A DNA stretch of 64,000 nt. It comes from a virus. The stretch is taken from positions 84,451 to 148,450 of IMG/VR virus record IMGVR_UViG_3300050144_000109; one strand, written 5' to 3'. The translations under genes were made by a program, and so were the position numbers. This document shows, in pieces, positions 20,528 through 29,433 of the stretch. The notes below the pieces were generated by a model. It was not told the DNA's origin and searched no databases. It saw only the letters and a list, made by a program, of their open reading frames with translations. The first letter of the stretch is position 1. The number at the start of each line of letters is the position of its first letter.

Positions 20528-20594
20528 AACGTCAGAAAAGAAATAGTTAATTGACTTGTATGGCGCTAAAAACGTGTATACGAGTCAATTAACT
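20528..20594 (-). terminator. Hairpin with TTCTGACGT tail
   Basis: AGTTAATTGACT/AGTCAATTAACT stem. Confidence 0.65.
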
Positions 20595-20614
20595 GCAGAT
20601 CGAATATCAATCTT

Positions 20615-20983
20615 TTACCAATGACCACCACCACCAATTCGAATACCCAACCACATCATCCAAGCTTTCCACTTAGGAACCCCTTCTTCCACACACGCTT
20701 TGTAGAAGATGTCGTCTGCCAAGGCTCTGTATGCAACTGGATGCTTGCCATTCTTATCAACAGTATAGAGCCAATCGTGCAACGTGGCAGGAGGTCTTGC
20801 CATGTCACCAAAGAAAAGCCAAATGAAAGGCAGCCTAGGAACAGAAGCAAAATCAGTCACGAACCCAACGGGGACTGTGTATTTTTCATAATGCAAATGT
20901 GCTTTGAGTTTCCAAGAGCCTCTGTCAGAATTGGAAGTATCGCTGATGTCTTCAACAATGAGGGGTGAGAACTTAGACGACAT
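20615..20983 (-). CDS. DUF1353 family protein
   Basis: VPVGFVTDFASVPR, ATLHDWLY and ADDIFY motifs. Confidence 0.8.
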   Translation of the reverse strand: MSSKFSPLIVEDISDTSNSDRGSWKLKAHLHYEKYTVPVGFVTDFASVPRLPFIWLFFGDMARPPATLHDWLYTVDKNGKHPVAYRALADDIFYKACVEEGVPKWKAWMMWLGIRIGGGGHW

Positions 20984-21245
20984 GATTAGTCACTTCTGCA
21001 GATGCTGTTGGTTTCTTAGAGAAGATACCCAACATATTGAATAAACTAACGCCAGTAGAAATAACGCCGTCAATAGCCCCTACGGTTGGGTTAAGAACAC
21101 TCACGACAGTCATTGCAGCTTTGAGTTTGTCAACGCTACTCATCTTAACGGGCGACTGCGAAGAAATGTTCTCTACGAACTGTACAGCCGTCACTGCGGC
21201 TGAAAGCTTGTCAGAAGCCAGATTGAGTTTGTCTAGGAACGACAT
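20973..21245 (-). CDS. Small hypothetical protein of the type found beside DUF1353 and lysis genes
   Basis: 90 aa, AGGAG SD, amphipathic/hydrophobic C-terminus VSLFNMLGIFSKK. Confidence 0.6.
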   Translation of the reverse strand: MSFLDKLNLASDKLSAAVTAVQFVENISSQSPVKMSSVDKLKAAMTVVSVLNPTVGAIDGVISTGVSLFNMLGIFSKKPTASAEVTNHVV

Positions 21246-21293
21246 GAAACTTACTCCTACTTAGTTAAAGGATGGGGTAAAATAAATATTCAT

Positions 21294-21337
21294 AGCATAA
21301 ATATCAACAGGATTTGACGCCTGTTGATATTTATGTG
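21294..21337 (-). terminator. Hairpin with TTTATG on both flanks
   Basis: CATAAATATCAACAGG/CCTGTTGATATTTATG stem. Confidence 0.7.
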
Positions 21338-21356
21338 GTTGTTGGTTTAATCTTTA

Positions 21357-22591
21357 TTAACTGGGAGATTTGATATACTTGCTCGGTTTGACTCTCCATG
21401 ACCAATCTAAATACTGCGCCATATATGCTGCAATAGCTGTCTTTGCTGCGCCAACGTAGTGCGTGCCATCGCCCATGATGGCACCGTACAGATCTTTACC
21501 CGTAGCTGGATCCGTTACAACCGTAGCAATGTCAGCCACCTGTGTTCCGTACGTAGCGATTAACCATGTGTTGTATTGTTTTCTTAGCGCTTCTTTGACT
21601 GCATCAGTAGATGCTACACTAAATGGAGTAATGGTTGTGTAGTAGCGATAGGTGAACCCATCTGCAATTGCTTTTGCAGTCATGCTTTGTGTGCTAGCGC
21701 ACATCTGCGCAAAGGTTCTTCCTTGACCAATGTCATTAATGCCGCCCTGAATGATTACAGCGTTACATCTTGGCTTCAAAGTTGTGATGTCCGTAGACCA
21801 ACGGGTATCCATATCAGCAAGCGTCTGCCCACCAATCGCCCGATTGAATAAGCTCAGTGAGAGTTCTGAGCCAAGAACTGTCGTAATTTCTCTGTTAGCA
21901 ACAACGTTGAAATCGTACATTCGATCATTAAAACCACTGGAACCAGCGAAAGTGGAGTCCCCAATGACTGCTACACCATCTAAGTAATTGGAGTTAACCG
22001 GCTCAACCATGAACCCTCCAATGTACGGTGCAGAGCCAGTGGCCATAATACCACCCCAATTATTATTGGTACTAATTAGGGGCAGACCACCGCCATTCGT
22101 AGTGCCTGGCGCAGTTGCCGGGGTTGTACCAACATCTAGAGTTGTAGTAGAAAAAGCGGTTGCCAAATACCAAACTCTAGTTAACTCACCAGCCTTGCAC
22201 CAAATAGCACCATGTCCATTAGAGGCCGCAGCAGGGCAAGATTTCTGATTCCACCAAAAGTCAACGGGGGACCAAACATAAAGACTGACCAAATATTTTT
22301 TACCAACAACATAGGGTGTTAAACCTGATGCAGTGATGTTTGTTGTGATCCCACCATAGACAGAACTGAAAGATACTTCGCTGAGTGTAATAATCCGTCC
22401 ATCTACAAACGCTTGTTTTGTAAGGCCCGTTTTGTACTGCCAATAGCAGCAATGTAATAAGCCCATGCCAAGTCTTCTGAATGAACTGCAATGTTCATTG
22501 AAACTGGAAGGGTTGTTCTAACTAAAGAGATACCTTGATTTGCTACTTGAGCCTGGTATAACGTAGAAAGATCATTCGTTGGGAGTCCCAT
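21357..22591 (-). pseudogene. SGNH/GDSL esterase (tailspike-like), split by a -1 frameshift near 22430 (ORFs 22403..22591 and 21357..22466)
   Basis: SGNH blocks IGDST, AIGG, GGINDI and DGTH. One extra A in ACAAAACGG joins the frames (...IGSTK-TGLTKQ...) into a protein of about 411 aa starting right after the collagen gene. Confidence 0.7.
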
Positions 22592-22594
22592 GAT

Positions 22595-23224
22595 TTATCC
22601 TTGATATTGTGCTTGCGGATACAGATCCCAACACCACACAGGAGCAGCAACTCCAGTAGGTTGGAACCAGCGAACTTTAGCGCCAGCGTTGATACCGTTC
22701 GATAAATATCGAACCTCTCCAACTAAGACGCCTTGAATTGAATTGCTTATCGCCTGCGAATCAGTGATGGTGTCTGAGATCAGCCCTGATTGAAAGGTGG
22801 CCTTTTCAATAACAGTACCTGAAGTGAATGCAGTTTGCATTCCAGCGAGTGTTGCAAGAGCATTCGTACCGTTAGTCCCTACAGGACCGGTAGCCCCAGT
22901 ATCGCCCTTAGGACCGGTAGCGCCAGTAGCGCCTACTGCACCAGGGGTGCCATTCGTGCCTGCTGGCCCTGGTGCACCTGTATCGCCTTTGAGTCCTTGA
23001 ATGCCTTGGGGTCCCGTGGGTCCTACAGGTCCTTGAATGCCTTGGGGTCCTTGAGGACCCGTGCCTCCGACACCAGTCAAGCCTGTGATCTGAGACGCTG
23101 GCAAGCGCAGGTCAGAGAGCTTGAGCAAGTAAGGAGGCTTGCCAGTACGGACAGCGTAAATCTTATCCGGTTGGATCAGACTAACTCGGCCCCGGTGGGC
23201 TCCGGGGGGGGGGGGGGTTGCCAC
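22595..23224 (-). CDS. Collagen-like fibre protein with a C14 tract after the start codon; paralog of the 27710..29377 N-terminus
   Basis: Gly-X-Y repeats; [36 protein letters not shown] identical to the paralog; GTG start with AAGGA SD. Confidence 0.8.
   Translation of the reverse strand: MATPPPPGAHRGRVSLIQPDKIYAVRTGKPPYLLKLSDLRLPASQITGLTGVGGTGPQGPQGIQGPVGPTGPQGIQGLKGDTGAPGPAGTNGTPGAVGATGATGPKGDTGATGPVGTNGTNALATLAGMQTAFTSGTVIEKATFQSGLISDTITDSQAISNSIQGVLVGEVRYLSNGINAGAKVRWFQPTGVAAPVWCWDLYPQAQYQG
23204..23217. repeat. G14/C14 homopolymer
   Basis: 14 consecutive G on the plus strand, covering codons 3-7 of the collagen gene. Confidence 0.9.
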
Positions 23225-23273
23225 TGATGAAAAGTCCTTTAAATGAAGTTATGTATTGTGTCAAACAATATAA

Positions 23274-23335
23274 AAACATAAAACCCTCTCTGTACACCAC
23301 TCCTGATATTCACGGGAGTGGTGTACAGAGAGGGT
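23274..23335 (-). terminator. Long hairpin with TTTTATG tail
   Basis: 21-bp stem ACCCTCTCTGTACACCACTCC/GGAGTGGTGTACAGAGAGGGT. Confidence 0.75.
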
Positions 23336-23367
23336 AAATTCGAATTAACTTTTCTTCACAACATGAT

Positions 23368-23790
23368 TCATGTATGATCGATTATTTTCCATTTCTTTCC
23401 ACAAGGGGCGAGTCCTTCTTCATCAATGATGAAGTCTAGCCAAGGCGCATTGTCGTCGGCTTGCCTGACATAACACCAGCCTTTCATGTAACTTTCTGTG
23501 CAAATGCCAAGCACACCATCGACTTCGACGATGTCACCCACTTGAGGGCATCGAATAGGTTTACTTAACCCAAACGTTTTCCTGAGTAAAGCGATTGTTT
23601 CTTCATCTTGAGTTTGCTTGCACTTTTCATCGAGACCTGAGCTCCTTTCGATAATGGGGACGTCTCTCCATTCTTCAGAATGATCATCAAAATTCTTACG
23701 AATGTGCCAGAGCTGTTGTAGAACTATTTTGTTACTCGCATGAACTTGTCTGAGTTGATTTGTCAAAGTCTCTTCATTTGCCATGTACAT
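23368..23790 (-). CDS. Hypothetical protein
   Basis: 140 aa, AGGA SD. Confidence 0.6.
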   Translation of the reverse strand: MYMANEETLTNQLRQVHASNKIVLQQLWHIRKNFDDHSEEWRDVPIIERSSGLDEKCKQTQDEETIALLRKTFGLSKPIRCPQVGDIVEVDGVLGICTESYMKGWCYVRQADDNAPWLDFIIDEEGLAPCGKKWKIIDHT

Positions 23791-23806
23791 GATAATTCCT
23801 AACGAC

Positions 23807-24121
23807 TTAAAAAGAGACTGATTTCTTCAGGTCTTCACGTGTCTCAGCCGCCAAGAGCTTCATCTGCGCATGCATGAGTTTCTTAGCTTGCCTTCTTTCT
23901 GTACACCAAACAACATCGTCTTCACAGGAATACCAGTGCGACTTCATCTGTCGTGCAGCGTTGATACTTGAAACCTCAGAAACGACTGCATACTGAGACT
24001 GCATAACTGTGTTCAACAAGCGCACCACACTGACACGTTTACGAAGAATGTACTTGACACCTCCAGGTCGGATTTCATCAAAGTTCACTTGAAGAGTGTG
24101 GAGGCGTTTATTATTTTTCAT
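23807..24121 (-). CDS. Hypothetical basic protein
   Basis: 104 aa, ATGA overlap. Confidence 0.6.
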   Translation of the reverse strand: MKNNKRLHTLQVNFDEIRPGGVKYILRKRVSVVRLLNTVMQSQYAVVSEVSSINAARQMKSHWYSCEDDVVWCTERRQAKKLMHAQMKLLAAETREDLKKSVSF

Positions 24122-24417
24122 TTTGTTTGGTCTTTCTTATAAGCAGCCAAAGAATCCTTGTAGATCTTATTGAGTAGCTTCTGTGCAATACGTTTAGCAA
24201 CTCGTTTGTCTGAGAATCCGTGGGGGTGTACTTCCGGCCCAAACTCATTCCACCTGCTACTCATTTTCTTTTTGATGTTGTAGGAGCGCATCCCTTTTTC
24301 TATGTAGTAATACCCATCGTCGTTTGACATTACTCGGACACGTACAAAGATGTTGTACGGGAAGTCCGGCACTGCAATACTCAGGTATTGCTTTTGAAAC
24401 GTATGAATGTTTTTCAC
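24118..24417 (-). CDS. Hypothetical basic protein
   Basis: 99 aa, GTG start with GGAG SD. Confidence 0.6.
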   Translation of the reverse strand: MKNIHTFQKQYLSIAVPDFPYNIFVRVRVMSNDDGYYYIEKGMRSYNIKKKMSSRWNEFGPEVHPHGFSDKRVAKRIAQKLLNKIYKDSLAAYKKDQTK

Positions 24418-24480
24418 TTAGTTACTCCAAAGAAGAAAAAAAGAAACCGGGTGAGGGTTTCTTTCTCGACCATTGATCCC

Positions 24481-24579
24481 TTAGAATCCCAGGCCGATGA
24501 TAACACCGATGAGTCCAAAGACTACGACGATGAGTAAGACTTCCCAACGCTTGGGCTGATGATTGAGGAACGAATTCAT
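24481..24579 (-). CDS. Small single-pass membrane protein (32 aa), absent from the ORF track
   Basis: AGGAG SD; MNSFLNHQPKRWEVLLIVVVFGLIGVIIGLGF; fills a gap in the operon. Confidence 0.65.
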   Translation of the reverse strand: MNSFLNHQPKRWEVLLIVVVFGLIGVIIGLGF

Positions 24580-24589
24580 TTGTGACTCC

Positions 24590-24904
24590 TTACTTAAGAA
24601 CTTGCCGAGCTGTGGCTCGATCCGAAAAGTAACCAGCTACTCTATTGGCAAATGTGAGACGTGCAATTGCTTCATCGCGCTCGCGTGAGGTGAACGTAAA
24701 TTTGGGGCCGCCGAGAATCTCTTCGCTCAACTTCTGAATCGAGCAAGGGTCAGCAAAATCCCACTCTTCAGCAGCATCATACATCTCCTCCGGCAGCTTA
24801 TCTGCTTCGAGTTCAGGAGAATGGGCGAGCCATTCTTCGACATGACTTTGATGATCGTGGTTTACACAATTGATATGTGCCGGGATACGTGCGTCCATTT
24901 TCAT
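24590..24904 (-). CDS. Hypothetical protein
   Basis: 104 aa, AAGGA SD. Confidence 0.6.
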   Translation of the reverse strand: MKMDARIPAHINCVNHDHQSHVEEWLAHSPELEADKLPEEMYDAAEEWDFADPCSIQKLSEEILGGPKFTFTSRERDEAIARLTFANRVAGYFSDRATARQVLK

Positions 24905-24993
24905 TTCCTTCTGCTCTTTTGAGCGCTGATTAAATCAAAGTACCGACGACTACCCACTGCTTGGCTGGCAATGGGTAGAGGGTCGAGACTCTT

Positions 24994-25257
24994 TTACTCA
25001 GCTGGGAAGACGTCCTTCTCTCCGTTCAGGATGCGCAGAGCTAGTGTTTTGGCCTTCTCCAATTGGACTGGGTCCTGGTGATCGGCGTCTGCCACCGATC
25101 CTTTTTTGGGGATCCAGTAGCTACCGTCTTCGATCACAGAGATTCTCCCCCAAGGTCCGGAGAAAGAGATTCCTATGAGAGTTCCTCCTTCAAGTTTACC
25201 GACTTGGTAGTACGCGTGCTTCTTGGCCGATTGAACCAGTTGTTGATTCGTCTTCAT
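24994..25257 (-). CDS. Hypothetical protein, first gene after an early promoter
   Basis: ATG at 25257 with AAGGAG SD. Confidence 0.65.
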   Translation of the reverse strand: MKTNQQLVQSAKKHAYYQVGKLEGGTLIGISFSGPWGRISVIEDGSYWIPKKGSVADADHQDPVQLEKAKTLALRILNGEKDVFPAE

Positions 25258-25331
25258 GATAAAGCTCCTTGTGCTTTGCACAGTGGTTGAAAAGAGGTTT
25301 AGAAACTTGATGCAGTTTCCTATTCACATTG

Positions 25332-25358
25332 GTTATATGTGACTGTAGAAATTTGGAA
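25332..25358 (-). promoter_or_regulatory. Putative early promoter, 27-nt motif
   Basis: Minus strand TTCCAAATTTCTACAGTCACATATAAC. Confidence 0.68.
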
Positions 25359-25420
25359 TGTGATTTATTAGTTTCTCATACTAGTTTGTTACTTTTATAA
25401 ATTAATGGAGGTCAAGGTCT

Positions 25421-25475
25421 AACGCCAGAAAAGAGCTGTACTCCTTTGATGCTTTTATAGCCCAAAGGAGTACAG
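25421..25475 (-). terminator. Hairpin with TTTTCTGGCGT tail
   Basis: CTGTACTCCTTTG/CAAAGGAGTACAG stem. Confidence 0.65.
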
Positions 25476-25480
25476 ACTGC

Positions 25481-25669
25481 TCACTTAATTCCCAAAGCTT
25501 CTCTCAATTCCTTCAATACTTCTTGGATAGTACTCTCTGCCAAACAGAGCTCCGCTGTCGTATTGTCAAACTTGAGCTGGTCCTGTACATATGGGAGAAC
25601 ATCATCTTCCAACTGTCCTACCAACTTTTTAGCAAGGTCAGTGGAAATGGCTGTTTTACCTTTAAACAT
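25481..25669 (-). CDS. Small helical hypothetical protein
   Basis: 62 aa, between the OmpA gene and a terminator. Confidence 0.5.
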   Translation of the reverse strand: MFKGKTAISTDLAKKLVGQLEDDVLPYVQDQLKFDNTTAELCLAESTIQEVLKELREALGIK

Positions 25670-25689
25670 ACTGTATCGATCTTGTAGAC

Positions 25690-26682
25690 TTACTTCACGT
25701 TCACAACTTCAGTGGTCTCTTGTGTAGAGATTTGCAGAGTGACTCTGCGGTTACGGGTGCGACCTTCAGCAGTTGCATTCGTGTCCGCAGGCTTGTGGTA
25801 GCCAGACCCCTTCACATTTCCTACACCGAACCCAAGACTTTTGAGCTCAGCCGCCACCTCATTAGCGCGCCGCAGTGACAATTCCATGTTGTACTTGTCA
25901 CTGCCTCGGTTGTCCGTGTGTCCCTCTACAGAGCTCACGCTATCCTTGGTCTTGCCAAACTTTGACATAGCGTCCATTAGTGCAACGCGACCAGTTCCAG
26001 TGAGTGCATGTTTCCCAGTAGAGAAGAAGACATCAGAAGCCAAATCCACAGACTTGGTAGTCGTCTTTGTTTCCTTGTCTTTTCCAGGAACCACCACTTC
26101 TCTGACCGGGCCAGGTACTTCTACTTTCTTTTCTACCGTTTTCACTTCTGTAGGAGGCACTGTTTTTGATTCAGCACATTCCTTATAGGTCAGGTCTTTG
26201 AAGTTTGCATTGAGATACTGTTCATACGTCATAGAAGCACCCTCAGGCGCTCTGTACGCATCTTCAGGCTTGATCTTGTATGTGTCAGAAACAAACTTGT
26301 CTAATAGACGTTTGACTGTGTTGTACTGGCACAGTGCAGCAAAGCGGTCTATCGTCTTTTGGAGCGCACATTCCTTATTGAAGTCATGCACTGGCTTGCT
26401 CCAGGAGATGAAGTTCCAACCTCCTGCGTAAGACTCAGTACCATGTAGAATACAATTGCTCTCAGAAGACAAACCTGCTTGTACGGTGGGAGGGAAAAGA
26501 ACGCTGATTTGTTTGGAGTTGCTGGTATTGCCGCCAGCATTAAGCGCTACACCTTGGTTACTGGCGTCAGACGTAGAGGTCTGGTCTACAGTGGCGGCTG
26601 CTCCACTCGGGGTAGCAGTCTGTGCTTGTACAGAGATTACGAACGTGAATGCAGTGATGAAAGAAAATATTTTGATTTTCAT
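25690..26682 (-). CDS. Secreted protein with C-terminal OmpA-like peptidoglycan-binding domain
   Basis: Signal peptide (VQA-Q); VEGHTDNRGSDKYNMELSLRRA and NATAEGRTRNRRV; Cys-containing N-terminal domain. Confidence 0.85.
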   Translation of the reverse strand: MKIKIFSFITAFTFVISVQAQTATPSGAAATVDQTSTSDASNQGVALNAGGNTSNSKQISVLFPPTVQAGLSSESNCILHGTESYAGGWNFISWSKPVHDFNKECALQKTIDRFAALCQYNTVKRLLDKFVSDTYKIKPEDAYRAPEGASMTYEQYLNANFKDLTYKECAESKTVPPTEVKTVEKKVEVPGPVREVVVPGKDKETKTTTKSVDLASDVFFSTGKHALTGTGRVALMDAMSKFGKTKDSVSSVEGHTDNRGSDKYNMELSLRRANEVAAELKSLGFGVGNVKGSGYHKPADTNATAEGRTRNRRVTLQISTQETTEVVNVK

Positions 26683-26716
26683 GATTCATAGCTCCTGGTA
26701 TTTCTTGGGTGTTACT

Positions 26717-27450
26717 TCAGCGAGGATCAGAACCATCAAACCAGATGGAGGTTGTGTTACTTGTACTCGTGCTAGCTTTGACGCCGTCCACGCTCATGGG
26801 TATAGCCGGAGTTGCACTGTTGAAGAGTGCTTGCACAGACGACCAAGACCTGGACGTGTTCTCAGTAACGGTGGCTTTGAGATTGCTGTTGAAGTACTCT
26901 GACGAATTGGTAGTTGACCAAACACGGTCTACCGTAGCGAACCCTTTGGCAATGGAAGTGTTCCCAATGTTGATTCCTACGCCTGTGTTGATAGGTGTAA
27001 AGATGTTGGCGTACATACCGCTGTTCTTGTCGAACATTCCGCCATCAATGTTGCCACCACCATTGAGAACTTGCCCTGGCCCTGTATAGTTGTTTCCACC
27101 TTGTGTGCCGTAAGTACCTTTGACAGTGTTGGAAGCCCAACCAGTGGCTGCTCCTGTGGAGGTATTCCAAGCTTGTGCCATGTAGTTAGAACCTCCACTC
27201 ATGTCGATGTTGAGCTTACCCGCTAAGGGTGTGTTCGTGAATGTAAAATTGACATCATTCACATTAGCGAATACATTTCCTTTTCCTGAGGAGAAAGACT
27301 CTGCAATACCAATCCCAATGTCTTGGCAGAGGTGGAGGCGTCTGATTTGATGTAGACTGTGTTACCTGTAAGACCCAGGTAACCTGACTGTTGCGCCATG
27401 ACGTTGGTGGAGATAATAACAGCGAGTAAAAGTGTAGAACGGTAATGCAT
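26717..27450 (-). pseudogene. Secreted Gly/Asn/Ser/Thr-rich beta protein, apparently split by a -1 frameshift near 27320 (ORFs 27259..27450 and 26717..27262)
   Basis: Signal peptide only in the upstream fragment; the downstream frame is open about 33 codons before its GTG and reads GIGIAESFSSGKGNVFANV. Confidence 0.55.
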
Positions 27451-27554
27451 GGATGAAAACTTCCTCTTTGGTTTAGTTAGAAAATGCCAACATTCATGAA
27501 AGTCAATTAAATTGTTAGCAAATAGATTGGTTGTTTTTATTACATTTAACTTTA

Positions 27555-27596
27555 GGCATCAGAAGGAGCAGGGGAATGTTCCCCTGCTCCTATGAC
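27555..27596 (-). terminator. Hairpin terminator
   Basis: AGGAGCAGGGGAA/TTCCCCTGCTCCT perfect stem; tails TTCTGATG (minus) and TATGAC (plus). Confidence 0.7.
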
Positions 27597-27709
27597 ATTT
27601 CTTTTTTATTTTAGATCACAGTTCTACAGCACGATTCAATTGCCACAAATTAAAACACCTGAGCTAGCTCTAACGCTGTCATGGAATTTCAATACTTACT
27701 GGCAGAAGA

Positions 27710-29377
27710 TCAGTAAATTATGGCAGCGGCCAGCATCGCAGCAGTCGGCACCGCGACCCTGCTCGCATCCGCCCCGGTGTCGTTCAGGTGAATGCCGTCA
27801 CCCGTGTACCCGGCTTTCCAATATCCGCCCGTGCCCGCCGTCTGTTGACCAGAGACGAGGATCAGCGGTGTTTCGTTGCTATTGACTTCAGATTGAATGC
27901 ATGGGTCCGACAGAAAAACTTTCACTCCTCGGCAGAATGTGGATACCCATGCGGTCAAGTCCGTCGCGCGCAGCCAGTTATTGATTGCCACGCGCGTCGT
28001 TTCCCAGGAACGAACCGTCTGGGCTGAAGCAGAAGTCCACGCTCCGGTGGTGCGAGGAAGGATCGTGGCTACGGAAAAATTCCGACATGCCGACATCCGT
28101 ATAATCCACTTCTTCAGCTCGTCTTGATACCCGGCAAGCGTCGTAATGGTGAGAGCCTCCAAGTCGTTTGTCGCGACGTGCAGAAAAATACCATCGACGT
28201 ATCGCGCCACGATTCCGCAGTACACGTCATAACGGTTTGTGTTGAAGAGGGCAGATCCGTCGATTCCATTTACAGAATACCCACACCCTCCCGCAGTATC
28301 GAGGGCGCGAGCAATATACCCGACGAGGCCAGTAGTTCCATAGCCGTTTGAGATACTATCGCCCATGATCCCAAAAACAGGAGTTGGGTTACGCATGATT
28401 CCGGTGATTAGTGATGGACCATAGCACCGAGCGCCCCCAGTGTTTGCACCAAGCGTATCCGAAAGTGTCGTTGTGGCGTCTGCGCCGGTCGTCACTGTGG
28501 TGCCGGTGACAAGGTCTGTAGTTTTTCCATTGCTCGGGAACGTATATGTGTACGGCCATTTGTTACCGCTGGCCGCAGCCTTATGAACTCTCAAAAAATA
28601 TGTTGTTCCCGCAAGTAGAGGATTAGATTGCGGCAACGACTCGATATAGCCGAATTCTCGAAGAACTGTCCCGCTCTTCGTCGAACCAGTAATTGGGTTC
28701 TCGGTGTACGACGGAAAACTGACCTGATTGAGTTGGCTCGAAGCTTCCAACGCAGCTCGGATCTTCAAATCTCCGGCAACACCTGGGAAGCCGGACGATA
28801 CAATGGTACCGTTGACAAATACATACGAGATGTCGCTGCAGTCAGCAAACACGGTAAATCCAATTCGGTCGGTGCTGCTGACTTGAGTCGTGCCGTTTGA
28901 CTGCGCTCCACCCTGAGGGCGGAAGCCACCGAGGCTTGAGACAATGCGACGGCGAGGTATAGTCCCTGCCACGCTCGATTGAAAAGCAACTTGTTGAGCA
29001 GCCGTGCCGGCAGCGAAAGCTGCCTGCATTGTCGACAGGTCACTGGGTCCTGTAGGTCCCACAGGTCCAGCAACACCCTGGATGCCTTGGACGCCCGCAG
29101 GACCAGTGAGGCCGATCGGACCTTGGGGACCTGTGGGACCCGTTGCACCACCGGCACCCTGAGCACCTGTGGCTCCCGTAGGGCCTTGTGGTCCAGCAGG
29201 TCCTACAGGGCCCTGCACGCCTTGCGGTCCTTGAGGACCGGTACCACTGACCCCAGTCAATCCGGTGATCTGTGACGCAGGCAAGCGCAGATCACTGAGC
29301 TTCAGCAAGTAGGGTGGCTTGCCTGTCCTGACGGCATAAATCTTGTCCGGTTGAATGATAGGGAGAGTCGTTGCCAT
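27710..29377 (-). CDS. Collagen-like fibre fused to an SGNH/GDSL esterase (putative tailspike/deacetylase)
   Basis: ATG at 29377 with AAGGA SD; more than 20 Gly-X-Y triplets; SGNH blocks MGDSI, GIDG, ATNDL and DGIHL. Confidence 0.8.
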   Translation of the reverse strand: MATTLPIIQPDKIYAVRTGKPPYLLKLSDLRLPASQITGLTGVSGTGPQGPQGVQGPVGPAGPQGPTGATGAQGAGGATGPTGPQGPIGLTGPAGVQGIQGVAGPVGPTGPSDLSTMQAAFAAGTAAQQVAFQSSVAGTIPRRRIVSSLGGFRPQGGAQSNGTTQVSSTDRIGFTVFADCSDISYVFVNGTIVSSGFPGVAGDLKIRAALEASSQLNQVSFPSYTENPITGSTKSGTVLREFGYIESLPQSNPLLAGTTYFLRVHKAAASGNKWPYTYTFPSNGKTTDLVTGTTVTTGADATTTLSDTLGANTGGARCYGPSLITGIMRNPTPVFGIMGDSISNGYGTTGLVGYIARALDTAGGCGYSVNGIDGSALFNTNRYDVYCGIVARYVDGIFLHVATNDLEALTITTLAGYQDELKKWIIRMSACRNFSVATILPRTTGAWTSASAQTVRSWETTRVAINNWLRATDLTAWVSTFCRGVKVFLSDPCIQSEVNSNETPLILVSGQQTAGTGGYWKAGYTGDGIHLNDTGADASRVAVPTAAMLAAAIIY

Positions 29378-29433
29378 GATAATAATTCCTTGAATAAAGA
29401 GAGAAATAAGAATACCCAAAAGATTGTTAAATC

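Noticed and set aside
22880-29240. Short nucleotide repeats in the collagen genes as CRISPR or DGR repeats
   Set aside because: They are Gly-X-Y coding repeats. Paralog differences are synonymous rather than adenine-specific, and no reverse transcriptase or cas gene is present in the window.
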